DNA of 64,000 bases from Octopus sinensis (Eukaryota), in the NCBI RefSeq assembly GCF_006345805.1, contig NC_043021.1, forward strand, positions 21,018,001 to 21,082,000, given 5' to 3'. This document shows, piece after piece, positions 12,022-25,787 of the stretch (the stretch's first letter is position 1; each line of letters opens with the position of its first letter). The position numbers and the translations under genes were made by a program. Below the pieces are notes generated by a model that saw nothing but the letters and a program-made list of their open reading frames with translations, was not told the DNA's origin and did no database searches.

Positions 12022-12569
12022 TGAAAGGATGGGCTTCCGCATAGTCTCTCTATACCAAATTCCATGCACAAAACCAAAATTGTTCAACCCTGAGTCTGTA
12101 CAGAAGACACAACTTCAAGGTTGCTTCACAGAGGGAGATTGAACCCAGAATCTCTTGATTTGTAAACTTCTTAAGCACACAGCCATTGCCATGAAACACG
12201 GTATGATAGGGTGATGTTAATGACGTATAAAACTAAATAATACCATATCAAATAGTCCCAGTTTTTTTTCTTCTTAATGATGTTGATAATGCTTCTTAAT
12301 ATGTAGATAAAGTATATATTTTTATATACACAGAAATATACACTCACGCATACACACATAAACGTATGCATGCACATACACAGGCCCATATGCATGTTTG
12401 GTTTTGATAAATATACTTTGAGTACCCTTTTGAAAAGCTATTTATATTCAAAAGTGTAACGGGTCAAAAATTGGATCTGTGAGCTTAACAGCTTAGGTAA
12501 ACAAATATAAAGTCAAACATAACAGGTAAAAATAAAATAAAGAACAACAGAAAGAAGAATGATAAAAAT

Positions 12570-14880
12570 AGTAATCTCTTCTACTATAGGCACAAGGCCT
12601 GGATGTTGTGGGGAGTGGGGTTAAGTCGATCATATCAACCCCAGTACTTCAACTGATACTTAACTTAATTTATTGGCCCCAAAAGGAGGAAAGGCAAAGG
12701 AGTTCTCGGTGGAATTAGAATTCAGAAAGTAAAGACAGATGACATACCTCTAAACCAACCCTTTTTCCCACCCCCCAGGCCCCACTGTAACTTTTCAGAA
12801 AAAGGTATGCCCCACTGTAACTTTCCAGAAAAATGTATGCCCCACTGATGGCTGCAAAAAAAAAATATGTTTGCTGTGAAAAAGAGATTTTCACAATTCC
12901 ATGTCCCAATTAAAAAAAAAAATGTTGGATCCCATGTCCCACCAGTAGGGTGTATACCCCGTGTTGGGAATCACTGCTCTAAACACTTTGCCCAGTATGC
13001 TAATGATTTTGCCAGCCTTAATAATAATGAAACTCTTTCTACTGTAAACGCAATGCCTGAAATTTCAGGAAGGGGACTAGTTGATTACATCAACCCCAGA
13101 ACTCAACTGGTACTTATTTTATCGGCCCCAAAAGGAAGAAAGGCAAAGGAGTTCTCAGTGGAATTAGAATTCAGAAAGTAAAGATGGATACCATCCCTCT
13201 AAACCAGTGTTTCCCCAGCCCTTTTTCTCCCCAGGCCCCACTGTAACTTTCCAGAAAAATGTATGCCCCACTGATGGCTGCAAAAAATATGTTTGGTGTG
13301 AAAAAAAGATTTTCACAATTCCATGTCCCACTTAAAAAAAAAAAAAGAAAAAATGTTGGATCCCATGCCCCACCACAATTTTCCCATGTCCCACCAGTAG
13401 GGTGTATACCCCATGTTGGGAATCACTGCTCTAACACTTTGCCCAGCGTGCCAATGATTTTGCCAGCCTTAATAATAATGATAATCCTCTCTACTATAAG
13501 CACAATGCCTGAAATTTCAGGAAGGGGACTAGTTGATTACATCAACCCTAGAACCCAGCTGATACTTATTCTATTGACCCCAAAAGGATTAAAGACAGAG
13601 TCAATCTCAGCAGAATTTGAACTCAGAACGTGAAAATGAATGAAACACCGCCAAGCACTTTACCTGGCGTGCTAATGATTCTTATTTCTTTATTACCCAC
13701 AAGGGGCTAAACATAGAGGTGGCAAACAAGGTCATACAAAGGGATTAAATCGATTACATCGACCCCAGTGCGTAACTGGTGCTTAATTTATCGACCCTGA
13801 AAGGATGAAAGGCAAAGTCGACCTCAGCAGAATTTGAACTCAGAACATAGCGACGGGCGAAATACCACTAATTATTTTGCCCAGTGTGCTAATGATTCTG
13901 CCATCTCACCGCCTTAATGATTCTGTCAGTTTTCTCCCTTAATAATAATAAACCTTTCTATTATAGGCCAAAGGCCTGAAACTTAGGGGACGGGGCCAGT
14001 TGATTACATTGGCCCTAGTGTTCAACTGATGCTATTTTATTAACCCTTGAAAGAATGAAATGCAAAGTTAACTTTGGCAGAATTTGAACTCAGAACATAA
14101 AGAAGGACAAAATGCCACTAAGCACTTTGTCCAGTCTCCTAACAATTCTGCCAGCTTGCTGCCTGAATAGAAATATTAATTCTTTCTACTATAGGCTCAA
14201 AACCTGAAATTTTGGGAGAGGAGATAGTAGACTACATCGCCCCTCCCCCCAGTGTTCAGGTGGTACTTATTTCATAAGGCAGCGAGCTGGCAGAATCGTT
14301 AGCATGCCAGGCGAAATGCTTAGCGGTATTTCGTCTGCCGTTATGTTGTGAGTTCAAATTCCGCCGAGGTCGACTTTACCTTTCATCCTTTCGGGGTTGA
14401 TAAATTAAATACCAGTTATGCACTGGGGTCGATGTAATCGACTTAATACCTATGTCTGTCCTTGTTTGTCCCCTCTATGTTTAGCCCCTTGTGGGTAATA
14501 AAGAAATAGGTACTTATTTCATAGACCCCGAAAGGATGAAAGCCAAGGTCAACATTGATGAAATTTGAACTAAGAACATAAAGACGGATTAAATTCTGAT
14601 AAGCCTTTTTGTCTGGCGTGCTAACAGTTCAGCTGGCTCACCCCTTTAATGATAATTAAAATAATCCTTTCTACTAAAGGCTCAGAGCCTGAAATTTTGC
14701 GGGAGGGGACCAGTTGATTACATTGACTCCAGTGTTTCATTGGTACTTAATTTATTGGCCCTGAAAGGATGGCAGGCAAAGTCGACCTCGGTAGGATTTG
14801 AACCCAGGATGTAAAAACGGATGAAATGCCACTAAATATTTTGCCTGGTATACTAATGATTCTGCCAGCTCACCACCTTA
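12570..14880 (-). repeat. Stack of about six head-to-tail SINE-B2 copies with nested insertions
   Basis: Repeated CTACTATAG(G)CACAAGGCCTGAAATT...GAATTTGAACTCAGAAC...GCCAGC units separated by (AAT)n. Confidence 0.75.
13205..13428. mobile_element. hAT MITE (duplicate at 12756-12976)
   Basis: TIRs CAGTGTTTCCCCA / TTGGGAATCACTG; 8-bp TSD CTCTAAAC. Confidence 0.8.
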
Positions 14881-14896
14881 ATAATAATAATAATAA

Positions 14897-16493
14897 CAAT
14901 TGATTTGAAGTGTTATCATGTACATTGTTTTGTCTTGGTATAAAAGATGGGCCACAGCAAATATTCTGCTCAATACCACAGATTTGCTTGTCAGTTGTTT
15001 GACCTTAACCAGTTGAGCATGTCCCTTCGTGGCTGACGATATGTGCATCTCTGATCACGAGTTGAAGTAGTGGCAGAGCATCATAGCCATGTGTTGAGAG
15101 GGATTCTTTGGGGTTTGGATAATTCACCTCTGGAAACATGGGTGGTTCTTTCAACATCCTTAAACAACCCTTATTCAGGGACCGTTTGAGCGGGATGGGC
15201 TACTCAACCTGAAGAAAATTCTAACTGGGCCCTACCTGCAAGGTCATGCGCTGTTTACCTTGATATGAGATCACCATGTCGCACACATATGGTTGTGATG
15301 CATGTGCCTGGTGTACCTTTATCAGACGGGTAGTCATGATGGGTATATTGGGCTTCGTATATTTTAACCCAGTGTCACTTTGATGGCATGAACTGCTCTC
15401 TCACTCAATAATAATAATAATATAATAATAATAATAATAACAATTGATTTGAAGTGTTATCATGTACATTGTTTTGTCTTGGTATAAAAGATGGGCCACA
15501 GCAAATATTCTGCTCAATACCACAGATTTGCTTGTCAGTTGTTTGACCATAACCAGTTGAGCATGTCCCTTCGTGGCTGACGATATGTGCATCTCTGATC
15601 ACGAGTTGAAGTAGTGGCAGAGCATCATAGCCATGTGTTGAGAGGGATTCTTTGGGGTTTGGATAATTCACCTCTGGAAACATGGGTGGTTCTTTCAACA
15701 TCCTTAAACACCCTTATTCAGGGACCGTTTGAGCGGGATGGGCTACTCAACCTGAAGAAAATTCTAACTGGGCCCTACCTGCAAGGTCATGCGCTGTTTA
15801 CCTTGATATGAGATCACCATGTCGCACACATATGGTTGTGATGCATGTGCCTGGTGTACCTTTATCAGACGGGTAGTCATGATGGGTATATTGGGCTTCG
15901 TATATTTTAACCCAGTGTCACTTTGATGGCATGAACTGCTCTCTCACTCAATAATAATAATAATATAATAATAATAATAATAACAATTGATTTGAAGTGT
16001 TATCATGTACATTGTTTTGTCTTGGTATAAAAGATGGGCCACAGCAAATATTCTGCTCAATACCACAGATTTGCTTGTCAGTTGTTTGACCATAACCAGT
16101 TGAGCATGTCCCTTCGTGGCTGACGATATGTGCATCTCTGATCACGAGTTGAAGTAGTGGCAGAGCATCATAGCCATGTGTTGAGAGGGATTCTTTGGGG
16201 TTTGGATAATTCACCTCTGGAAACATGGGTGGTTCTTTCAACATCCTTAAACAACCCTTATTCAGGGACCGTTTGAGCGGGATGGGCTACTCAACCTGAA
16301 GAAAATTCTAACTGGGCCCTACCTGCAAGGTCATGCGCTGTTTACCTTGATATGAGATCACCATGTCGCACACATATGGTTGTGATGCATGTGCCTGGTG
16401 TACCTTTATCAGACGGGTAGTCATGATGGGTATATTGGGCTTCGTATATTTTAACCCAGTGTCACTTTGATGGCATGAACTGCTCTCTCACTC
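14897..16493. repeat. Three near-identical tandem copies (543-544 bp period) of unclassified (AAT)n-embedded family H; dispersed opposite-orientation copies at ~18635-19180, 37322-37710, 38333-38830, 59270-59895
   Basis: Unit starts at 14897, 15441, 15984; only two differences seen among the copies. Confidence 0.92.
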
Positions 16494-16530
<37 letters not shown>

Positions 16531-17353
16531 TTTCAAATTTTAGCACAAGGCCAGCGGTTTTGAGAGGAGGGGGAGGTCAGTTACATCAACACCAGTGCTT
16601 AACTAGTACTTTATTTTATTGACCCTGAAAGGCTAAAAAGCAAAGTTGGCCTCAGCAGTATTTGAACTCAGAATTTACAGGTGCAGGAGTGGCTGAGTGG
16701 TAACAAGCTTGCTTCCCAACCACATCGTTCCAGGTTCAGTCCCACTGTGTGTGCACCTTGGGCAAGTGTCTTCTACTATAGCCTCGGGCCGACCAAAGCC
16801 TTGTGAGTGGATTTGGTAGACGGAAACTGAAAGAAGCCCATCATATACACATACACACACACACACACATACATGCATGTGTGTCTGTGTTTGTCCCCAC
16901 CACCATTTCATGTTGGTGTGTTTACGTCCCCGTAAATTAGCAGTTTGGTAGAAGAGACCGATAGAGTAAGTACTAGGCTTACAGAGAATAAGTCTTGGGG
17001 TCGTTTTGTTCGACTAAAAGGTAGTGCTCCAGCATGGCCGCAGCCAGATGACGGAGCCAACTAAAAGAATAACAGATCTGGCACTAATACTACAAGGCAA
17101 TTTATCTGATGTTCAATAATTATAATAAATAAATAATTAAAGAAACTGTTCTAATTTATGTCCTCGCTTTCTGTTCTTGATATCTGTTGATCTCCTTGAA
17201 GTGTGCCAAAATGAAGTTGACTTGCCCAGGTTTTGGTTTCCAAATCATCTTATCTCTTCTTGTTCTGTGTGGGTCAAGGTTATAAACGAACAGAGATAAA
17301 ATAACCATTCTGACGATGTGTGACGATGTGAGCGTTGGAGTTGTTTGTGTTTC

Positions 17354-17394
<41 letters not shown>

Positions 17395-18878
17395 ATGAAT
17401 GAAATGAGAAATAAGGTAGGCTTCTAACAATGAAGACAATTTAAAAAAAAAAACCATAGCGGCTGTCACATGGTTCCGGGTTCAGTCCCACTGCGTGGCA
17501 CCCTGTGCAAGTGTCTTCTACTATAGCCTTGGGCCGACCAAAGCCTTGTGAGTGGATTTGGTAGATGGAAACTGAAAGAAGCCTGTCGTATATATATATA
17601 CACACACATATATGTGTATATGTTTGTGTGTCTGTGTTTGTCCCAACATCGCTTGACAACCGATGGTGATGTGTTTGCGTCCCCGTAACTTAGCAGTTCA
17701 GTAAAAGAGATGGATAGAATAGTACTAGGCTTACAAAGAATAAGTCCTGGGGTCGATTTGCTCGACTAAAGGCAGTGCTCCAGCATGACCACAGTCAAAT
17801 GACTGAAACGAGTAAAAGAGTAAAAGAGGGTTGACTTTCAGAGACAATAAAATAAGCACCATTTGAGCACTGGGCTTGATGTAATCGACTTACCACCTCC
17901 CCGAAAATTGCTGGCCTTGTGCCAGAATTTGAAACCATTACTATTATTACTATTATTATTGTTATTATTATTATTATTATTATTATTAAGGTGGCAAGCT
18001 GGCAGAATTAGCAGTATTTTGTCTGTCTTTATGTTCTGAGATTAAATTCTTTCGGGGTCGATAAATTAAGTACCTATTTCTTTTATTACCCACAAGGGGC
18101 TAAACATAGAGGGGACAAACAAGGACAGACATAGGTATTAAGTCGATTACATCGACCCCAGTGCGTAACTGGTACTTAATTTATCGACCCCGAAAGGATG
18201 AAAGGCAAAGTCGACCTCGGCGGAATTTGAACTCAGAACGTAACAACAGACGAAATACCACGAAGCATTTCGCCCAGCGTGTTAACGTTTCCGCCAGCTC
18301 GATAAATTAAGTACCAGTGAAACACTGGGTTTGATGTAATTGACTAGCCTCTTCCCCCAAAATTTCAGGCCTTGTGCCTATAGTAGAAAGGATTGTTATT
18401 ATTATTATTATTATTATTATTGTGGTAAGCTAGCAGAATTGTTAGTGTGCTGGGCAAAATGCTTGGTGGCATGCTGTCTCTCTCAACTTTGCCTTTATCC
18501 TTTCAGGGTTGATAAAATAAGTACCAGTTGAATATTGGGGTCGATGTAATCGACTTACTCCCTCCCTTGAAACTCCTGGCCTTGTGCCAAATTTTGAAAT
18601 TGTTGTTGTTGTTGATTATTATTATTATTATTAGCATCTCTTCAGTGTATGCCATCAAAGTGACACTAGGTAGACTACATCAAGTATACCCATTATGACT
18701 ACCCTAGTGTACTCTTATCAGATGATAAGGGTACACCAGGCACATACATCACAACCATATGTGTGTGACACTGATATCATATCAAGTTGCATAGTCTTGT
18801 AGGTGGGGCCCAGTTAGAATTTCCTTCTGGTAAAGTAGCCCATCTCACTCAAAATGTCCTTGAATAAAGGTTGTTTCA

Positions 18879-19097
18879 CCCTTTCATTACTGTATTTCTG
18901 TTGAGATGCTGTGTTTCTTTCAGTTACTTTAAATATAACAAAGAATTTAGTAAAATTACTTGGTTATCATTCAGCTGGTGTTAGGAACATAAATTGTGAC
19001 TAATGTTTGGTGGAAGATTTTAATTAGAAACTTATGGAAACAAGACATTTGTACTACAGAGCCAGAGCCGGTTTTGGCCGGGTTGGTATTGAAAGGG
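18879..19097. mobile_element. Family E piggyBac-like MITE inserted in family H
   Basis: CCCTTT...AAAGGG-TTAA at the host GTTTAAGG site. Confidence 0.75.
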
Positions 19098-19277
19098 TTA
19101 AGGACGTTCAATAAAACATTCCTGTTTCTTGAGGTGAATTATTCAAACCCCTAAGAATTCCTCTCAACATATGGTTTTAAACCTTTGTATACTATGCATG
19201 TCCCTTCTTTTTCAGTGTATACCATGTATACTTACTTTAATTCTTTCATTTTTAAATGAACCCCCCACACTTTATGT

Positions 19278-19705
19278 CTCATCAACTTTTTCAAATTTCA
19301 CTTGAAAAGGAAGATGAGGTTAGAGAGGAGAGTGCTGTCTGAGAGCAAGTTTTCTGAAAGGTGGGTGAATTGTGCAAGAATGGCCAGTGTAAATGGACCA
19401 ATTCTCAGGTTTCGCCTGTGATTGAAAAAGGTTTTATAAAAGGAGACAGGGGCTCTCTACCCCCCTTTTGACCAGGCTCCCGTTGGCTTTTATGGGTTTT
19501 TCCACCAGGAACCTTTCGTAACGCCTCCCCCTATTGGGGGAGTTTTTCGTCGTTATAGTATTTCATTGTTACACTGTTTTTTAGACGGATTTTTACAAAC
19601 GGACAAAACCCTTTGTAACCTCGCATCCTGTTTTGTCCCTTTATGTTTTCTAATCATGTGTGTCAGCCCTTGTGGCCAATAAAAAGAATTAATTATCATT
19701 ATTAT
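19278..19705 (+). mobile_element. Tx1/L1-type LINE 3' fragment
   Basis: LINFFKFHLKRKMRLERRVLSESKFSERW...* (19278-19421), 3'UTR, AATAAA 19678-19683, (ATT)n tail. Confidence 0.7.
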
Positions 19706-19752
19706 TATTTGTTGCCTTCAGATTCCTGTGGAGGTGAGGTGAGACCATAACA

Positions 19753-19930
19753 ATGCTTCGACTCCAGCGTCACGTAGCTCAGCTACGGGGTTTGGCCGAG
19801 GACCATCTTGCCACCTTAACGACCCGCTCACGATGCCATCCTGGTTATCGCCTGCCAGCATCGCTGAGGCAGGCGTCTTCATCTGCAGCCGATGGGAAAC
19901 CCATCCAGAAACTCCTTGTTGCTAACCGAG
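19753..19930 (+). CDS. PC: PC coding exon 1 (presequence to LLVANR)
   Basis: ATG 19753; acceptor TTCAG ends 19721, so 31 nt of 5'UTR; donor G|GTAAGA, phase 1. Confidence 0.92.
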
Positions 19931-22900
19931 GTAAGAGAAAAAATAACCAGACTATGAGTACGAGTGTGTGTGTGTGTATGTACATGTACATGTGTGTGTG
20001 TGTGTGTACATGTGTGTGTGTGTGTGTACATGTGTGTGTGTGTGTGTACATGTGTGTGTGTGTGTACATGTGTGTGGTGTGTGTGTACATGTGTGTGTGT
20101 GTGTGTGTGTACTCTTTTACTCTTTTACTTGTTTCAGTCATTTAACTGCGGCCATGGTGGGGCACCGCCTTTAGTCGAGCAAATCAACCCCAGGACTTAT
20201 TCTTTGTAAGCCCAGTACTTATTCTATCGGTCTCTTTTGCCGAACCGCTAAGTTACGGGGACGTAAACACACCAGCATCATTGGGGCGACAAACACAGAC
20301 ACACAAACATACACACATATATACATACATATACATATATATACATATATACGACGGGCTTCTTTCAATTTCCGTCTACCAAATCCACTCACAAAGCTTT
20401 GGTCGCCCCGAGGCTATAGTAGAAGACACTTGCCCAAGGTGCCACGCAGTGGGACTGAACCCTGAACCCTGAACCATGTGGTTGGTAAGCAAGCAACTTA
20501 CCACACAACCACTCGTGTGTATCCTCGTCTTTCTTTAATGTTCCTTTTTGCTTGCTGGTGTCTGTTGGATGATTTGACAAAAACTGGGGAGACCAGAGAA
20601 TTGTGTTGAACCTTGGCACCTGCTTTGGCATGATTTATACTGCTTGTTCCCATTTTTAATGCTAATAACTTTCCACAGAGTCTACAGGGTTCTTCTGGTA
20701 TAGCTTTGAGCTGACCAAAGCCTTGTGAGTGGATTTGAGAAATGGAAAAGAAGCTGATTGTATGTGTGTGTGTTTGTTTCGCTTTACTATTTTGACTTTG
20801 TGTGATAGTACTCTTTTACTTGTTTCAGTCATTTGACTGCGGCCATGCTGGAGCACCGCCTTTAGTCGAGCAAATCGACCCCAGGACTTATTCTTTGTAA
20901 GCCCAGTACTTATTCTATCAGACTCTTTTGCCGAACTGCTAAGTTACGGGGATGTAAACACACCAGCATCGGTTGTCAACCAATGTTGGGGGGACAAACA
21001 CAGACACACACACACACACACACACACATACATACATATATATACAATGGGCTTCTTTCAGTTTCCGTCTACCAACTCCACTCACAAGGCTTTGGTTGAC
21101 CCAAGGCTATAGTAGAAGACACTTGCCCAAGGTGTCACACAGTGGGACTGAACCCAGAACCATGCAATTGGAAGCAAGCTACTAGGCTTCATAAGCAAGC
21201 TACTCTACTACACAGCCACTCCTATGCCTACATGTGTATATCATTAACTGATGTATATTAAAGAAGAGATAAACGTTGGTGTGAAACAAAATAAAAAGGT
21301 ACTTTATGAATGAGGTCCCTTGAGATATTTGTTCTGCAGTGAGTAAGCAATTCAATTTTCATGTTACACTAACTGTCAGAAATGCAATGAACTTAACCTC
21401 TCACATCTACCTTACAATGTCATTCCCAAAAATATACAATCGGCGCAGGAGTGGCTGTGTGGTAAGTAGCTTGCTTACCAACCACATGGTTCCGAGTTCA
21501 GTCCCACTGTGTGGCACCTTGGGCAAGTGTCTTCTACTATAGCCTCGGGCCGACCAAAGCCTTGTGAGTAGATTTGAAAGAAGCCCATCGTATATATGTA
21601 TATATATATACATGTGTGTGCGTGTATGTTTGTGTGTCTGTGTTTGTCCCCTTAGTATTGCTTGACAACCGATGCTGGTGTGTTTATGTCCCCGTCACTT
21701 AGTGGTTCGGCAAAAGAGACCGATAGAATAAAATAAGTATTGGGCTTACAAAGAATAAGTCCCGGGGTCGAGTTGCTCGACTAAAGGCGGTGCTCCAGCA
21801 TGGCCGCAGTCAACTGACTGAAACAAGTAAAAGAGTAAAAGAATCACATCATTGAAATCTTGTGGGTACAAGATAGTGAATGATTAATTAAAAAGCAATT
21901 TGTATAAATAAGCTTTACATTTGACACAGTAATCCGAATGCTTAAAGGGTCTCAAACAATAATTACTACATCTTCCAAGTTATCTTCATTTATTCATATT
22001 TGCTTGTCCTCAAAAGTTCAGTGATTTCTTTTTTTCTTTTTTCATCTCTGTCTCTGAAGAAATATTTGTGACCCTATTAGATAATACCAAAATTATCTTA
22101 AACATTATCTTAGCAGTCACAGATGTAGCCATGAAGTAATAAAGTTTGCCTCTCAACTACGTGGTTCGGGGTTCCAGCCCACCGTGTGCTACTTTGGGAA
22201 AGTGACTTCTGCTATTGCCAAAGGGTTTACTAATGCCTTGGGAGTGAAATTTGGTAGCATCTCTTTGACTAAGGTGTCCCTAGCCAAGTCCATAATCTTT
22301 TGTGGGTTTTTTTTCCTTTTTTGGACAACATGTACTAAGAATCACCATTAGCCAGTTTGCTTCCTCATTTGTTTATTTTTAAACAGTAGCTCATGATTTT
22401 ACAGAGGTTTTGCTGCTCTTTCTAGCATATTAAACAATTGAGTAGAAGTACCAAATTCCTTCTGTGACTTTAAAGACAACAGTGTTGTTGCTGCTGCTGC
22501 TCTTTCCTCCTCCACCTCCTCTTCATCTGCCTCCTCCCCCTCCTCTTCATCTTCATCCTCCTTTTCCTCCTCCTCCTTCTCCCCCTCCCCTCCCCCTGTT
22601 CATCTTCCTCCTTTCCTCCTCCGCCTCTTCCTCCTCCTCCTCTTTCTCATACATGCTATTATTTATAGCTTTATCTACTTCAAGTTTCACCATCCCCAAA
22701 AAAGCACCATCCGACCGTTGCCAGCTTCGTCTGGACCTGTGCCGGTGGCACGTAAAAAGCACCATCCGGTCGTGGCCGTTTGCCAGCCACGTCTGGCACC
22801 TGTGCCGGTGGCACATAAAAAGCACCCACTACACTCGCGGAGTGGTTGGCATTAGGAAGGGCATCCAGCTGTAGAAACACTGCCAGATCAGACTGGGCCT

Positions 22901-23847
22901 GGTGCAGCCTTCTGGCTTCCCAGACCCCAGTTGAACCGTCCAACCCATGCTAGCATGGAAAGCGGACGTTAAATGATGATGATATTTATTTTAATACATA
23001 GGCGCAGGAGTGGCTGTGTGGTAACTAGCTTGCTAACCAACCACCTGGTTCCAGGTTCAGTCCCACTGCATGGCACCTTGGGCAAGTGTCTTCTGCTATA
23101 GCCCCGGGCCGACCAATGCCTTGTGAGTGGATTTGGTAGACGGAAACTGAAAGAAGCCTGTCGTATATATGTATATATATATATATATGTGTATGTATGT
23201 GTGTTTGTGTGTGTGTGTTTGTCCCCCTAGCATTGCTTGACAACTGATCCTTGTGTGTTTACGTCCCCGTAACTTAGCGGTTCGGCAAAAGAGACCGATA
23301 GAATAAGTACTGGGCTTACAAAAAGAATAAGTCCCGGGGTCGATTTCCTCGAGTAAAGGCAGTGCTCCAGCATGGCCGCAGTCGAATGACTGAAACAAGT
23401 AAAAGAGTAAAAAGAGAGTATACCTTTTTCATGTATTTATTTCCATTTCCTTTTCCAGGAGAAATTGCCATCCGAGTGTTTCGGGCTTGCACCGAAATGA
23501 ATATCCGTACCGTTGCAATTTATTCAGAACAGGATATGATGCACATGCACAGACAGAAAGCTGATGAGTCGTATTTGATAGGCAAAGGCCTAGAACCAGT
23601 GGCTGCGTATCTGAATATTCCAGGAATAATACAAGTTGCTCAAGTAAGTATTATTATTTTTTTATCCATTCTATAGGCGCAGGAGTGGCTGTGTGGTAAG
23701 TAGCTAACTTACCAACCGCATGGTTCCAGGTTCAGTCCCACTGCGTGGCACCTTGGGCAAGTGTCTTCTACTATAGCCTCACGCAGACCAAAGCCTTGTG
23801 AGTGGATTGGGTAGATGGAAATTGAAAGAAGCCCGTCGTATATATGC

Positions 23848-23889
<42 letters not shown>

Positions 23890-25548
23890 ATGTTTGTGTG
23901 TTGTGTTTGTCCCCCCCCCCATCGCTTGACAACCGATGCTGGTGTGTTTACCTCCCCTAACTTAGCAGTTCGGCAAAAAGAGACCGATAGAATAAGTACT
24001 AGGCTTACAAAGAGCAAGTGCTGGCGTCGATTTGCTCGACTAAAGGCGGTGCTCCAGCATGGCCACAGTCAAATGACTGAAACAGGTAAGAGAGAGAGTA
24101 AAGAGAGTCTATGGATTCTCCTGTCATTAATGAAAGATGATGGTTCTGCATCTTTTTGATCTTTTATCATTAATCTTTAATCTCTTACTTGTTTCAGTCA
24201 TTAGACTGCAGCCATGCTGGGGCATCACCTTGCAGAATTTTTAGTTGAATGAATTGCCCTGGTACTTTTTTCCTCTTTTGCTGAACTGCTAACTTAAAGG
24301 GATGTAAACACACCAACACTGGTTCTCAAGTGGTGGTGGGGAACAAATGCAAACACAAAACACACACCTACCCATACTCTTTTACTTGTTTCAGTCATTT
24401 GACTGTGGCCATGCTGGAGCACCGCCTTTAGTCGAATCAAATCGACCCTAGGACTTATTCTTTGTAAGCCTAGTACTTATTCTATTGGTCTATTTTGCCG
24501 AACCACTAAGTTTCAGGGACGTAAACACACCAGCATCGGTTGTCAAGTGATGTTGGGAGGCCAAACAGACACACAAACATACATATATATATATACATAT
24601 ATACGATGGGCTTCTTTCAGTTTCCATCTACCAAATCCACTCACAGGGCCTTGGTCGGCCCAAGGCTATAGCAGAAGACACTTGCCAAAGATGCCATGCA
24701 GTGGGACTGAACCCAGAACCATGTGGTTCATAAGCTAGCTACTTACCACTAAATGGTGATGATGATGTTTATTATTACCCAAATATATTGAAAGAAAGGC
24801 AGCAATCTGGCAGAAACGTTAGCGTGCCGGACAAAATGCTTAGCAGTATTTCATCTGCCGTTACATTCTGAGTTCAAATTCCGCCGAGGTTGACTTTGCC
24901 TTTCATCCTTTCAGGGTCAATAAATTAAATACCAGTTACGCACTGGGGTCGATGTAATCAACTTATTCCCTTTGTCTGTCTTCGTTTGTCCCCTCTATGT
25001 TTAGCCCCTTGTGGGCAACAAAGAAATAAGATTGAAAGAAAGACAGTGTATTTTAACAGATGTATGGTAAAAAATGGGTTAATAGTAATCAGTTATTTTA
25101 TTAAATTCTTCATTATCTTCAAAATTAAATGAAACACAATCAGTGCATCTCATTAGAAATATGGCAACAAAAGGATTAATTGACTATACCCAGCTCGTAT
25201 GCTTCTGGCCCTGTTCCTAAATTAGATATCATTATTCTTTCCTTTATCATAAAACCGGATATTTGTGGCTTTCTGGAATAAATTACATTAAGTAATCTTT
25301 GAATCCGATACGTTCTATATTAGTTTCAGTTGGCATCTACTCCAAGATCTATACCAACTTTTCCTGAATTTTATATCATGATATTTGAGGTGCAGCCGTA
25401 GCTGTATAGTTAAGAAGCTTATGGAGCCATATAATTTCTGGTTGAGTTCCATTGCATGGCGCTGTTGGGCAAGTGCCTTGTATTATGATCCAAAGCCTTG
25501 TTGCAAATTTGGCCGACAGAAACTAACAAAAAGTGTGTGTGTGTGTAT

Positions 25549-25590
<42 letters not shown>

Positions 25591-25750
25591 TTCAGCAAAC
25601 AATTTAGATTCAAATGAATATGGCACTTAATTTAGATGCACCAGAATTTTTTATGGTCTTACCCATAAAAATATGCGGGGCGATTATAATCAAAAATAAG
25701 CAACAAGAATGAATCCGGATTCATTCTTGTTGCTTATTTTTTTATTTTTG

Positions 25751-25787
<37 letters not shown>

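Noticed and set aside
15401-16244. Duplicated 98-aa and 63-aa ORFs
   Set aside because: Inside repeat family H, run into microsatellite, and have no recognisable domain
1-19277. A second protein-coding gene upstream of PC
   Set aside because: No non-transposon ORF or exon chain found on either strand; small exons cannot be excluded by eye
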